This document shows, in pieces, positions 13,601 to 26,356 of a stretch of 64,000 nt of DNA (position 1 is the stretch's first letter; every line of letters starts with the position of its first letter). The stretch lies in NCBI GenBank assembly GCA_051362555.1, contig CM120640.1, forward strand, positions 23,050,225-23,114,224. Direction: 5' to 3'. A program made the position numbers and the translations under genes. The stretch comes from Lingula anatina (taxonomy: Eukaryota; Animalia; Brachiopoda). The notes below the pieces were generated by a model. It ran no database searches and was not told where the DNA came from. It saw only the letters and a list, made by a program, of their open reading frames with translations.

Positions 13601-16432
13601 ATTAAAAAACTGCCTATGACAAAATCAATTCTAAACTGTACCACAAATCTTTTAACCATAAGTTGTCCAGCCTTGCAGTCTTCTAGCCCTGGCTACTGAC
13701 AATGTTAAGCCCTGCTTCAAGATTTCAATTCATTTTTTTTTCTTTTCGTTTATCTTTTACTCAGTGTAAGTGCATGGAAGCAACTGAGGTAAATCAAGCA
13801 AACCCATAAGAAACTAAAATACATGATACCTTTAGATTATAAAATGATGTGCCCAATCTTGTAAAACCTACAGGTATGAAATTTACTATGACGAATTAAA
13901 AAAGAAATTGAAATAATATTGTGACAATAATTTATTTCATGATACAATTTTTAATTTCAATAATTTTATCAGATCACTCATCAGAACTTCATTTAATAAT
14001 AAATGTGGTTACAACATAGATAACCTATGTACTGAGTATCTATCCCTATGAACACATGGTAATGGACTTAGCTCCAAGCATTTGAATTGCCAAATAAAAT
14101 TGTTGACATTATCTTTGCTAATTTGGACTAAGTCAATAACCTAAGCAGTGATATATGAAGAGGCAAATAAAAGCCAACCCATACACTCTCACATTCGTTA
14201 CAACTCAAAACCTAAAAAGATAATGTACAAATGTAGATTATAAATGCAAAATGCACATTAAACCTTAGTTTTCCATGATACACTGAGATAAGCAAAAATT
14301 CTGCTCTTGAGACAAACAGAATGCTCTTATAATCTTTTCTGGTATTGGACAAATAACAGCATGAGATCCCTTAACACAGCTAGATCTGTTTTAAAATCAC
14401 CCAGAGAATGATTTACCAAAAGCTTTGGCTCTGCTGCCTGTCCCTTAGGCGTAATTTGGCTCATATACACACTTTTGAGTATAACTAACAAATACCATAC
14501 TATGTAACGGTATTGATCCATTCGCTGTAATGCTGTACACATACAATTCATAAATATAACATCGAACATACTGTCTGTGTCTGTTGTCTAAATGTAACAC
14601 ATAGTATTGCCTTTAACATTTATTATATAAACAACAACATTTTTTTCTAAACCAGTGACATATTTTCCAAGTTTCTTTTTCGCGTGACATCTTTCCAAAG
14701 CACTCTAAGAATGATGGTTTACTATACAGTAATAGTTGTATCCACCAGTCAAATCCACAATCATGCAAAGCTCTCTTGCGTGTGTGCTGGGAATGAGGAC
14801 ATATGATATCATCCTACTAGACAGTGCATGGCTTGTGTATGATTAAAAATTGACATACCTTTATTTACTAGAACTTGATATCTGATAACCTTCATGATCT
14901 CATATTTTAATACTTCATGTCTAAACCATTCCAGATACATACCTGTTGAAAATATGCTTCATAAGTAGAACTGTGTGCCCCAGCAACCTAAAATATAACA
15001 TATTGTATTTTTGTAACTAAATGTTCTGTACATGAGCACCTGAAAAAGAAACTGGGACAAATGTAGATATGGAGAACTATGATTAATAAAGTAGTTATTC
15101 TGAATGCTGAAAATGAAAAGTAGGAAATGAATGTGAACCACTGAAAATTACATCTTACTATTACATTTGTGCTTTTTCTTCTCTAATGATTATTTTAAAT
15201 GGACAGTATTAACCTGATGAAATAAATCTTGTGATGAAAATGTATATTAAATGCCAAGATTTTTTCCGATTTTGGTGACAGTATTGCTCATGGTATGATG
15301 TTAAAAAGGTTAAAAAATACTAGTATGATAGTATCATGTATCCATATGGGAAAAATAACTTGTGATCAAAATATCCTTACTAGTATTGTACACTAAAGGG
15401 ACGGATATACATATTATAAAATACCACAACATGGCAAAATAATAATGATGCATCAGATCTTATATTGTGGCATCTTGGACAACATTTGAGATTTTTATTC
15501 TATAAAAATTCTAACAGACAGCTTATTTTTTTAAAATCCCCATGTTAACTTTTCAAAATCATAAATTTATTGTCTTTATCCTTATGTACTTGGTCAAAAT
15601 GATACTGTGCAATTAAGTGTTTAAAGGGTAGCAAAAGCTGAAATCAGAAATGTCATTCTCCACTGGATTCTCTTTAATAAGCTAAAAGGACAGTTACCAA
15701 CATAATATTTTAATTACACTAATTTTTTTTATCACAACATGACACTGTGAATGTAATGGGCACGTGAAAATTCAACTGGAATATTTTTCTTAGGACTTTA
15801 AATAAGCAATGATGAAATCCAATGCTATGTAAAGCATATGCTATATAATCTAATAAATGTGAAATGATGTTATGGGGCTTAATGGCAGTGGTGCCTAGCC
15901 GAAGAAAAACAACATAATTATTCCAAACAACTTTAACGACATACTGATCATTCTCACCATATGGTACTAACTTTTTGATAAGAAATGCAATCAAAATATT
16001 TATCACGATTAAATAGATCAAGCTGTACCACTTCAACACTCAATTCAAGTTCTGCACCAGTCCATTACTTATTATCCATAACATTTCCCATTTGGAGTAT
16101 GTAACAAAACCGAAAAAAATAAGCATTATTTACATTGGTGAAATGGAGGATGTTCACATTCGTGGTTAATGTATTGAAAGATGAACACATGGGAAAGTGA
16201 GGATGGTATTTGCACCGTATGGGCGGGTACCCTCAGGCATCTGAGTTTAGCCTGGAATGAAGACGTGTTTGTGCAAAACTTATAACACTGTACGCCAATC
16301 GGTTGCAAATTACATTGCTCATATTCGAAAAGCTTACATCTGCATGTATGGTCATATGTCAATTAAGCCTGTGAGCAGAAAAATATTGAAAAATGTACCA
16401 ACCTGGGGAAGCGGTGGGAAATTCACCGCCAT
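4621..16432 (-). CDS. EPS15L1: Epidermal growth factor receptor substrate 15 (EPS15/EPS15L1), 5' part with three EH domains; continues beyond the left edge
   Basis: Exons 16432-16403 ([10 protein letters not shown]), 14987-14943, 12460-12371, 12145-12002 ([23 protein letters not shown]), 9075-9013, 7136-7053, 6542-6441 ([23 protein letters not shown]), 6096-5866, 5553-5381, 4777-4621 ([22 protein letters not shown]). All GT-AG and in phase. The last exon ends at a donor with no stop; coiled-coil and DPF regions are not in the window. Confidence 0.93.
5085..5365. repeat. Degenerate direct duplication (about 160-bp period) in an EPS15 intron
   Basis: cctgaaaaattaagcaccagcag...caactaacacact at about 5085-5157 recurs at about 5245-5316; partial third copy at about 5350. 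Confidence 0.7.
8412..8430 (+). repeat. Poly-G tract (19 G)
   Basis: Read directly from the sequence. Confidence 0.95.
9332..9420. mobile_element. Short MITE-like element (ACCCTG...CAGGGT termini)
   Basis: accctgagtgtcaga ... actgacacccagggt inverted ends; the same left end occurs at about 57815 and a related one at 63527. Confidence 0.6.
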
Positions 16433-16624
16433 GTTGAATATCGATATCTAGGCCCGCAGTGAAAGTGCAAGAATTTTTTGTTTAATTCACAATGGTTAAA
16501 TCATGAAAAATATCCATATTTTGTTATTAAAATAAAACTTTTATTTTATAACAATTGGTATCCAGATATATTGTGAAAAAAATCAAAATGACAAAATTGA
16601 CCTTCGGCCCGGGGCAGCCCCAGG
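16433..16624. promoter_or_regulatory. Bidirectional promoter region, EPS15 / GST
   Basis: Divergent ATGs at 16432 (-) and 16625 (+), 192 bp apart; locally CpG-containing within CpG-depleted flanks. Confidence 0.7.
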
Positions 16625-19600
16625 ATGGCAAGCTTGCAGCTTTTGTTTGTGGGGATCGCCGGTATTTTAGCGATTTTATACAGCGGGAAGGCGTCTTGGT
16701 TATCCAAGTAAGATTGTGCAAATGGGTGATTTAATTAAGAAAAATTTAGATAAGTTTTAATGCATTCACTATCTGTTCAATTATTTTATGTACCCCTAAC
16801 ATTCTGCGGCATACCCTCGTTTCCCATGTAAAGGTGTCTTGTGCCAGTAGTGGCAAATGGGATCGATTTGGGCAAAGGCAGATAAAGTACCTATATAAGA
16901 GAAGGTGCTACAGTGTGGTGAACCATTGACCAGTACCACAGGGGTCTACACTGGCAAATCGCTTGAATATTCATTTGTTTGTTGGTAACTGCATGCCCTA
17001 GCTCTTGATTATTTCTTCTTTCACCTAGGCCATTGCCAATCAATAATTTAAGAATAAAGGACTGGGTAAGGTATCCAGCTAAAGAAAGCTTCTGTGAAAC
17101 AGTATATGCCAGCTGCAGGGTGGTCAACATTATATTGCTCAAATACATTGATGATTTATTAATAGAAAAGCACTATGAACACAATGGCAAGTGATACTAA
17201 AATGTGTGAATTTATTTGTTAAAACCCTACCGTGCAGTTGTAGGAACAACAGCCTGATAGACTGGATAGCATGTAAGTTTCACTATTGCTAAACAACAAT
17301 ATACATTTAAATGCATTACTTATGCAATACATTTCTGAGCGAGCTTAACAAATACACAAAATTTTCTATTTTGTGTATATGGTACGGCTGGTTTAAGCTT
17401 GTATCCCCCCCCCCCCCCTTTTTCATCTGTTCCTGTAAAAAGGATACAGTATATCTACTTGGTATAAAATATATCGGGTATATCTGGTGTCCGCCACTGT
17501 TGATTAGAGTTGAAAGGTTCTAATCATGGTGTAGACATTGGAATTCCAAGTATTACAGCAATTTTAAACATAAAAGCCCGGTAGTCATGCTGATATTTGT
17601 ATTCCTTCTTTATGTAGCTTAGTTTTTACTTTGTGTTTGATTACAAGTGTTATATCAACATTATATCAGGTTTTCTTTATACCAATACTAAATCTTTAGT
17701 ATCAATACCAAATGGGTACATTATGGACAGGTAGCCAGGACAGGTTTGATTAGTATTCTTCATTTTTTTGTAAATTGTTAACTTTGCCTGTTGTACCAAC
17801 ACACCTGAATAGGTGACTTCTTTTAACAGTGTTGTTGATTACACCAGCACAGTTAACTAAGTAATCTGATCTGAAAGTGAAAGCAGTAATTGCTTTTGGC
17901 TCTAATATATTTTCCAGAGAGTAATAACCTTTGGCAAAGAACATATCTTTAACAGGTGTTGGCATGTGTGCAATGCATATAAGTGAAGCAGAGCACACAT
18001 TTTTCTGTAGTGCTTGAGTTGCTCATTTATAAAAGTGCAAATTTGGATTATGCAGGTATGCACATGCATGCTTGCACAAATACCCACAGACATGCAAACA
18101 TGCATGCACTACCTTTGTTCAATCACATTCAATAGGACAAGGACAAAGATGCATATGTATATACATACTTCCTACAGAGGCATAGTGATATACAGACTTT
18201 ACTTGAAGCATAGATGAGCCTGACATTGGCCCACATGTTTTCCCATGTAGAAAAAATATTACTAATTTAATGACCCAGCATACTGAACTGAACTTGACAA
18301 ACTTCTGATTTCTTATCCAGTGTAATACCCCATACATTGATTGACATGACAAGAGTGTGCTATCCCTATTTTGTCAGGTATTTTCTACTACATTAAGACT
18401 GAATTCTGATGAAATGCATAAGGACTTCTCATAGCAAAAAGTACAAGTTAAAAAAAAAAAAAAAACTAATTGGCCACAGTCATGAAGTGGTACAAAACAT
18501 ATAGTTCTCACAAGTTTAGTTCTTTGGCAGCAACAGACTGTTTTCCTAACCCAGATACTTGGTGTCTGGTGTCATGTAAATGTCAAGATATCTAAGTGCA
18601 ATCTTGAATTCCCCTTGAAAGTAATGCCTTGCTTTCATATTCATACATTTCCTAGGACATAATGATGAGCAATCAGTATGAGACGCACTATTTAACTGTG
18701 TCTCCCTGCAAATATGCCATTTGATATTCTGCAACATAAACATTTATAATGATTTTTCTGGCAGCCTCTTTTGTAGAATTGTATTTATTTATAATCACTA
18801 AATTAAAATGAAATTTATTTTATAATATATTTGTGAATTTGTCCATGTATGCAATAGTATTTCAAGTATGTACACATGCTAGTGCTTGAAAAGCTATTGC
18901 ATACATTCAAAAAATTCACATACTATAGAATGGATTTTCAAGTTGTTAACATATTTTATATGCTTACGGATTTGACCCATAAGTTGTTATCTATATTGAT
19001 TTTTTTTTAAATTTCAGAACATTGTTTTATCTGTACTATGGGAAGACTGGCTGCATGCCCCTGCCGGATCTTAGCAATGTAACACTACACTATTTTCCAG
19101 TGAGGTAAAGGAAAGCATGATTGACAACCCACTTTAAAAATTAACAAATGAAGTTCAAATTTTCTCTTATTCCAATTGTCAAAAAATAGTGCAAAAATTA
19201 ATGCATGTTAAATTGAATAATTTGTTCAGTCTGATGAGTCTTAAAAACATTCAGTTCCTTTATTATTAATCCATGGACTACTGACATGTAAGTAATTTTG
19301 TGTATTTTAAGGGGAAGAGGAGAAGCCATACGACTACTTTTAACTGAAGCACAAATCTCGTACACAGAATACAATTTCAAAGATGTACAGTGGAGCAAAG
19401 CAAAACAGAAGGGTGTAAAAAATGGACAATATTTATTTGGACAAGGTAAAAGTTTTTCAGATTTCTAAGTAACTGTACATTCATTAATAGATTTGTGTAC
19501 TATTTAGGAACAATTTGCAGACCTGTTGAATGGTTAAGAGGGAAATCCATAGCTATCCAATAGAACTGCTATTTATTTTGCTAAGAAGACAAAATGGTTA

Positions 19601-21414
19601 TGAATGAAGCAAATATAACCTGTGCATGTATTGATCTGCATTAAGTCTACAGTTCACGTTATGTCATTGTACCAGTCAGTTTTGTGAGTACTCTGTCTAT
19701 GTACTTGTAAACTGTATTTCTTATCTAGAAATAACCCTTTATTGCAGCAGGGATGTCTACTTTTTATTTAATATTGCAAATGTCAGAAAATCACACACAT
19801 TCTTTCTTTTTCATAGGAAATCTTTATTTATTTATTTTTTTCCTAGTGCCATATTTAGAAAGTCCATCTTCAGGAGTTGGCCTCTCTCAGAGCCATGCAA
19901 TCATGCACTATCTGGGCAGAACAACAGGCATGGACTGTGACTGTGATATGATGCACATGTGTGAAATTTTAGCACAAGGAACAGGTGAAGCTAATGTCCG
20001 TGATTTTGTCACTGGGGTGACTGTGACTAAGTCACCCTATGTCAAACAATTTATATTAATTTCATTTCAAATTTACTGGATTTTATATATATATATGTAA
20101 ATATTTATTTATTTCTGTAAAAGTTCTGTACATGGCTGTGACCTAACATTATGTACTGTTACTCTGATGTTAAGAGTACACTAACAATTTAAAATAGATT
20201 TTTGCAAAGATTTTATTTAGACAATATTTTAGTCAAGGTATTTATACAATTACTTTGGTTGTTGGTGAAGAATACTTCTTCTTTTATTGCTGCATATTGT
20301 AACGTAATGAGTCACAGTCTATTGGTTTTCAAGACACATGACCATGGACAATATTTGAAATGATCAATTTCAGTTTTTGTTAAGCCCTTTTTTTTTCAAA
20401 ATTTCCCTTTGCTTTTTGGTATATGAGGAATTTTTGGAAAAAAAATTGATGCATAGATGCCATTAAATGTTTTGTTGTTTTTTTTAATCTAAAAAAATTG
20501 TCTAATGTCTGTATAATTGCTAGTCTTGTTTACTGGTTTTGTCCTTAATGTGTAAATAGTAGTTTACTTAAATATTAACCTGTTTATTTTCACCTTATAT
20601 TTTTTCAAGAGGATCTCAGGGCCAAATTGGCAGAGGTTCTGCACAACCCAGACTTCAGCCTCAAACTCAGAGAACAATACTTGAATGAAACATTACCAGT
20701 ATGGTTGGGATATTTTGAAAAATTAGCACCTCCATTATCAAAACTGGTATGTGGTTAACCTGGTATTTGTAAAATGCATTGTTATTTTACAATATTGAAA
20801 AATGTGAAAAATATTTTTAAATCATTGAAAATATGTTGTAGCTTTATATAGAAGGAGGTAACTGCTTTCATTATTTAAACACAGATAAGTTTTTTATGTA
20901 TCAGATTTTTCCATTAATGTATGTATATTTGAAGTACACCTACAAAAATTGTAATATTAAGCCCACATCTTGACAGTAATTTATCACACAAGGGCTTGTT
21001 TCACAAAAGTTGAAATTTAGAGGCCTACCTGAACTTTGATGGCAGTAAGCAAACCTTTAAAATTTTTTTCAACTATGCCAGATAAGATTCTTAGGGGACA
21101 GTTTTTACTCACATTTTTTGTGAGCCAAAAAGAAGTTTATTCTTTTGCATATTTTCTATTTTCAGAATGAAGCTTTCTTTGTCAATGACCGCCTCACTTG
21201 GGTGGACTTTTTGCTGTTTGATCAGCTGGACAGCAATATGGAATTTGGAAGGTTTGAGGAGTATCCTGATGCCATGTCAGTCCATGTACTAAAAGATTTT
21301 CCAAAACTTAGAAAATATTACAATCAGATGGCAGCCAGACCAAGAATAGCTGCATTTTTAAATGATACGAAGAGATTCAAGTTTGCCTTGCCCAGAAGAC
21401 CAAAAGATGCATGA
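16625..21414 (+). CDS. Glutathione S-transferase (Tyr-type, pi/sigma/mu-like) with an N-terminal hydrophobic extension
   Basis: Exons 16625-16707, 19018-19104, 19312-19445, 19847-19984, 20610-20746, 21166-21414, all phase-compatible, about 275 aa. Motifs LHYFPVRGRGEAIRLLL, LFGQVPYL, LSQSHAIMHYLGR, LTWVDFLLFDQLD, FPKL...RPRIAAFL. Candidate distal AATAAA at about 24422. Confidence 0.88.
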
Positions 21415-23456
21415 AAAAATCTGTTATTTTATTCTGTAACACTATATTTTAGTCTTTTATCTTAACCTGATTTAGAGTGTTTAGGTCATGAAACTGAGAA
21501 CCTCTGTAGGAGTATTAGTGTTGATATCAGGTTTGGTTATGAAGAAGTTGACCAAGAGCTGCAGCGAAGCCTGAACTCCCTTCTTAATGGGATAAGGTCT
21601 TTGAAGACTAAAAAGAATGTGTTCATGGAGCCCTACCATGAAGTATGTGGCTACGAAGAATATTGTGGTTTTTCCAGAGATATATATATATATATAAGGC
21701 TGAGTGGGAATCTGCCTGGTATCCTGTTTACAGAACCCAAGGGACATCAACACTGAGGAAGAAACATTCATTTTGCACCTCTTTTTCTTTTGCTCTCACA
21801 ACGATGTGACAAAATAGAATACTTATCCTTGCTGTTTAATTTTGAAATTCAACCTTATTATTGGTTATGTTTTTATTATGTACACAAACGCAGTTGTGGT
21901 TTATATGGTACACACACAACTAGAGTTGTAAGGCAAAGTTGACATGGATACTCAGTATGTATTATAAAGTATTTTATTCATTACTTTTCATATACTATGT
22001 CATATGTACCACCATTTTTGAAAACACACCCTTTTACAAGGCATTATTTATTTATTTATTGTCATAGATTATCATTTGCAAAATTACAAATTTTTGGTCT
22101 GTAGATGATATACCATCTAATTTACTCATAAAACAATATTGTAAACTCAGAACAGACTGTTTTTCAGTCAAGTACCTTTCTAGATCATAGTTAAAAATGA
22201 ACCTAAAGCATAGTAGAAAAATACAATTGTAAATTATTTCAAAATTTCAGGCCATTTGCAGTAAATAATTGTCTGCTTATGGAGATTTTAAAAAAAGGGG
22301 CAACAGATTTGAAATGAGGAAGGGGCTATTGAACTATGATAATGATTGAAAACTTCAAACAATTTTATGAAGCAATTACAAAAAATCAAAATGTTAATTG
22401 CATAATGCCATATTTTTAGATTTGATTGTATCAGATACTTTTATTCCTTATTTTATTTACTGCTGATATTTTTAAGTATTGAAAAAAATAAGTATTTACT
22501 TAGACAGTGCTAATATGATGATATTCAGCTATTTTGTATCACAAAGTTCATGCTGGTGCCCTTTTTGAATAGAATGCTTTATTCTTATAATTCCAAATCA
22601 GTATTTTAGTTACTTTTGTCTATGGAAGATGAGCCCTCTTACTCTCAAAAAAATTAAGAATATAATGATACATTTGCATAGTATGATAATATTTAGTTTC
22701 AGTTGCCAGAGCAACAACAAGACGAAACAAAAACACATGGTCATTGGGTAAGCACTCTATAAGTGACAAGCAATTTGACGGGTGCATCTTCTAATATATT
22801 GCTGTATCTCACACAGTGCAAAAATACCACTGCCAGGTATGTCGTTTTACTTATATTTCTATTTTGAAGTGATAAGTCATGGTTATACACAGTCAGGGGA
22901 TTGGAAATGACTGTACATATACAGTAATCACAAGGACTAGTAGATTTAAAGTTATGCTGTCTCAGTTTATTCTTAGTAGTAATTTACCTCCATTGCACCC
23001 CCTGAGTTTTACAGGATGGTTTGCCAGTGTTAAGTCTGAAATAGGCTGTTATCCATGCAGCCTTGATACAGGCACTGGGCTGTACAATTGTCAGCTTTTA
23101 CTGTCTTTTGTATATTATGTAGCAGCTAATCAAAATGTATGTGGTGCATTTTTATTTAGAATGGTTATAATAACTGTAATAAGTAATACTCAGGAATACA
23201 TATGAAGCATGTCTATTTTATTTTGCTTCAGTTTGGTTGTGCTCTAACATCTTTGATGTATATCCATTCAAGAGAAATGTTCCTGTGAAGCAGTTCTAGT
23301 ATTATGTATATAGAAGTATATATGAATAGTTAAATACACTTAATGTAGGGTTTGAAAAACATGAAATTTGCATTAAACATTATAAAGAAGTGCATGTCAA
23401 TTATAGATCCAGACTTAAATATATTGGAGAAATTCTTTGTTGTCATTTTGGGCATC

Positions 23457-23457
23457 A

Positions 23458-23500
<43 letters not shown>
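23457..23500 (+). repeat. (ATT)n microsatellite
   Basis: Read directly from the sequence. Confidence 0.95.
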
Positions 23501-23502
<2 letters not shown>

Positions 23503-25974
23503 CACCGTATACAAGTCTGGCTAGTTTTATTTTAAATTAAGCTAGGACAATTTCTTGGACTTGGTAGGATTTAATGATATTTACTGTTGACTTGTGGCAA
23601 TGTTTGCTGTCAAAGTGATGTGCAGAAGAATGGATACAGTACCCCATGTGAGATGAGTGAATGAATCTTTTTTTTTTTTTTTTCAGGGTAAGGAGCTTCG
23701 TATCAACTTTGTCTATGAATTAGTTATTTTATCTTTATTTTCCTTTCCTTTATTTTATTTTGAAATTGCAATATTTTATACTATGAGCAAAGGTAAACAT
23801 GACATGTTATGAAGTGAGATCAGTATATTAGAAATGTAAGCATTTACCACTGAACTTTAAATGACAGAGGTTTTGTGCTGACTGAAGTGTTTTTATCTCT
23901 TCCAACTATGAGACAGCGGAAGCTACTTTATTTTTTTAAGAATTAAATTTCATGTCACCTCTAATGTTATATATACCTCAAGCATGCAATACATTATTTT
24001 AACAGGTTAACATATCTATTACTGCAAAATTCAAGTTGGACCTAAGAAATATGTATAGCTACACAAAACGGTGCCATTGTAATTGCACGTTTTGTAGGAT
24101 TTAGATTGGCGTGAACATTTTGAATGTGATAGAAGTTTTTATGTATTGTATTTGTATATGTATTTAATAGATTATATGATTCGGTTTTGTACTAGTGCAA
24201 TCCACTCAGCCCTTCTTTTCTGACGATTTTGAAGTGTCATTTTATATTAAGTTTGTTAGTAATTTTGATATTTTTGTGTTAAGTTCTTGAATTATTTGTC
24301 AACGTCCATGTAGATTTATCAATGCAAGATAAGTGTTACCTCCGTGCTTATAGGATTTTGAAAATGACTTGAGCATTTTGACAGCCAGTATTACTGTTGT
24401 TGTTTCCCTCGTGTAATGTGGAATAAAAAGAATGTAGGTGTGATTTTGTCTTCTTTTTCATATTTATACGCGTTTTATGCCTCGTATTGGTAATGATCAC
24501 CACAACTCTATTCATCTTCTTACGTACAAACCGGGGTACCGTTTTTCTTTTTTTCTTTTTTTTTTTTAAGGACCCTATACATTGACCAAGGTTAAATTGG
24601 TAATGTAGAAAAGTTCTTCGCAGCTATGAGAAAGTACCAAATTCAGAATCATTAGCACGAAATTATTCTCAAATAACATTCGATGAATGAAAAACAAATA
24701 AACACACGCTATTCCGATAACTTGGATTATGTCAACATGTCGCTCCGTCATCTCTTTCTTTGTGTCGGTTTCTTCACACTCACTGACACTTGTTCTATAT
24801 AATCTAATGTAATGCGTGATATGATATTACATCTACGTTCATTGGTTTAACATATGCGGCTATGCCCTATCTTATGTTGCAACATGCCCTTTCTTTTAAG
24901 AATGATAATCACATTTACTACCTCTATAATCAGCACTCAAAGGGTTTTAATTCATTCGGGTTTAATTAACCGTCGCCGACAGGTCTATAGTCCATCTAAA
25001 ATCTGTGTAGGGTTTTGATTCGATTGTTTTAGCTCGTTTATCGCTTTTTTGTATCGTTAAATGAGATTTTCCTCGTTATCGGGAACTGAATTCAGTAATC
25101 GGAGAGTATATTGGGAGTAGTAGAGCACAAAAGAAGATGCCGGATATCTTGGAGCCATTGCTTTATTGCATTAATAAACACATCTCTTATTTCAAGGTAA
25201 ATTACGTTTAGCTATATCATATCCCTTAAAACAAGTAAACATGCTGAATGCCACTTGATATTGCTGTTTAAGCTATATATAGTAACCGTATACCTATGAC
25301 TTTAGTTTGTTAAAGGTGAACGGAGGGTAAACATTCACAGCATGAACATATTATCTTAATATGTGTAAGCGCTGATGCGATATGTGGATCCCATGGAAAA
25401 TAGGTAAGTACGCTACCGCACAGTCTACAATGACAAGATAGGCAACTGAGTTTTTCCGCAAAACGGACAAATTAAGCGTAATTGGGCTTTTTTGCTAATT
25501 TATACGTCAAACAGATTGGTAAACTGGTATTTTCTTCTGAAAATACATGCATTAATCTTTGTCTCTAGATTAACCATACATAAGTTTGCTGTCTGAATTA
25601 TTCTACGGTACAAGTCACTTTTACTGGCAGATCTGCTTTGGCTTTCTCCATTTTTTGCAAGTTTTCGCAGACTTGTCGACCAAAGATAGGCAAACACATT
25701 TCTACTCAGTGTGCCCCTATCCCTCTCTTTCTCTTACTAGTGAAGGCGCATTGTATATTGCAACCAGTTGCAAAATGCAGCTCTACTAGTGCCACCGCAT
25801 TATGTTACAGCAATGCTTTTTGCACTTTGAAAAAAATTGGTGTGAATACACTTTATTTTTATTATTATTTTTTTATTTATTTTATTTATTTTTATTTATT
25901 TATTTTTTGTACAATGTGTTGCGGCTCTATAAGGCACTAGCTGTGACCTGACTACTAAGGGGTTGTCTGTTAAA

Positions 25975-26356
25975 CAAGGGGATTGAACTCCCAAGATGGA
26001 AGTATCTTGAGTTAATTGATAAACCTGACATTTTGTCTCTTTCACACACAGTAAACTTCAAATAATATGTGAACCGAGTAACTACATATCTAGGCTTGCT
26101 TTGTCCCAAATGCGCCCATGAAATGTAGCGCAGGTGCTGAGCTTAATAATGCCCGTTTTGGACGATTCTTACCCTCTCCCAGGGCGACTGATAGAACCAA
26201 AATGACCATCTATCTATCTATCTAGAGACATATCTGTGAATATCTGTAAAAAATCTATCAGTCGCCCTGGTAGAGGGTAGACGATTCTAGTGTGCATGGC
26301 AAGGCTCAACATATCGGTGCACCAACGTACCGCCTTCTTGGGAGTTTAACCCCTTG
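25975..26356. mobile_element. Older MITE-like element hosting a nested insertion
   Basis: Left caaggggattgaactcccaagatgg versus right end reverse-complement caaggggttaaactcccaagaaggc; target-site duplication unclear. Confidence 0.6.
26170..26279. mobile_element. 110-bp MITE with 26-bp TIRs and 9-bp TSD (Mutator-like signature)
   Basis: taccctctcccagggcgactgataga / tctatcagtcgccctggtagagggta (1 mismatch), flanked on both sides by gacgattct (26161-26169 and 26280-26288). Confidence 0.88.

Noticed and set aside
17960-18170. ATGC/GCAT-rich stretch with several overlapping short ORFs
   Set aside because: Low-complexity sequence in GST intron 1 with no consistent period or splice signals.
23352-23540. 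Poly-Leu ORF (also poly-Ile 45183-45515 and poly-Lys 43160-43390)
   Set aside because: These are translations of (ATT)n, (AAT)n and poly-T tracts.
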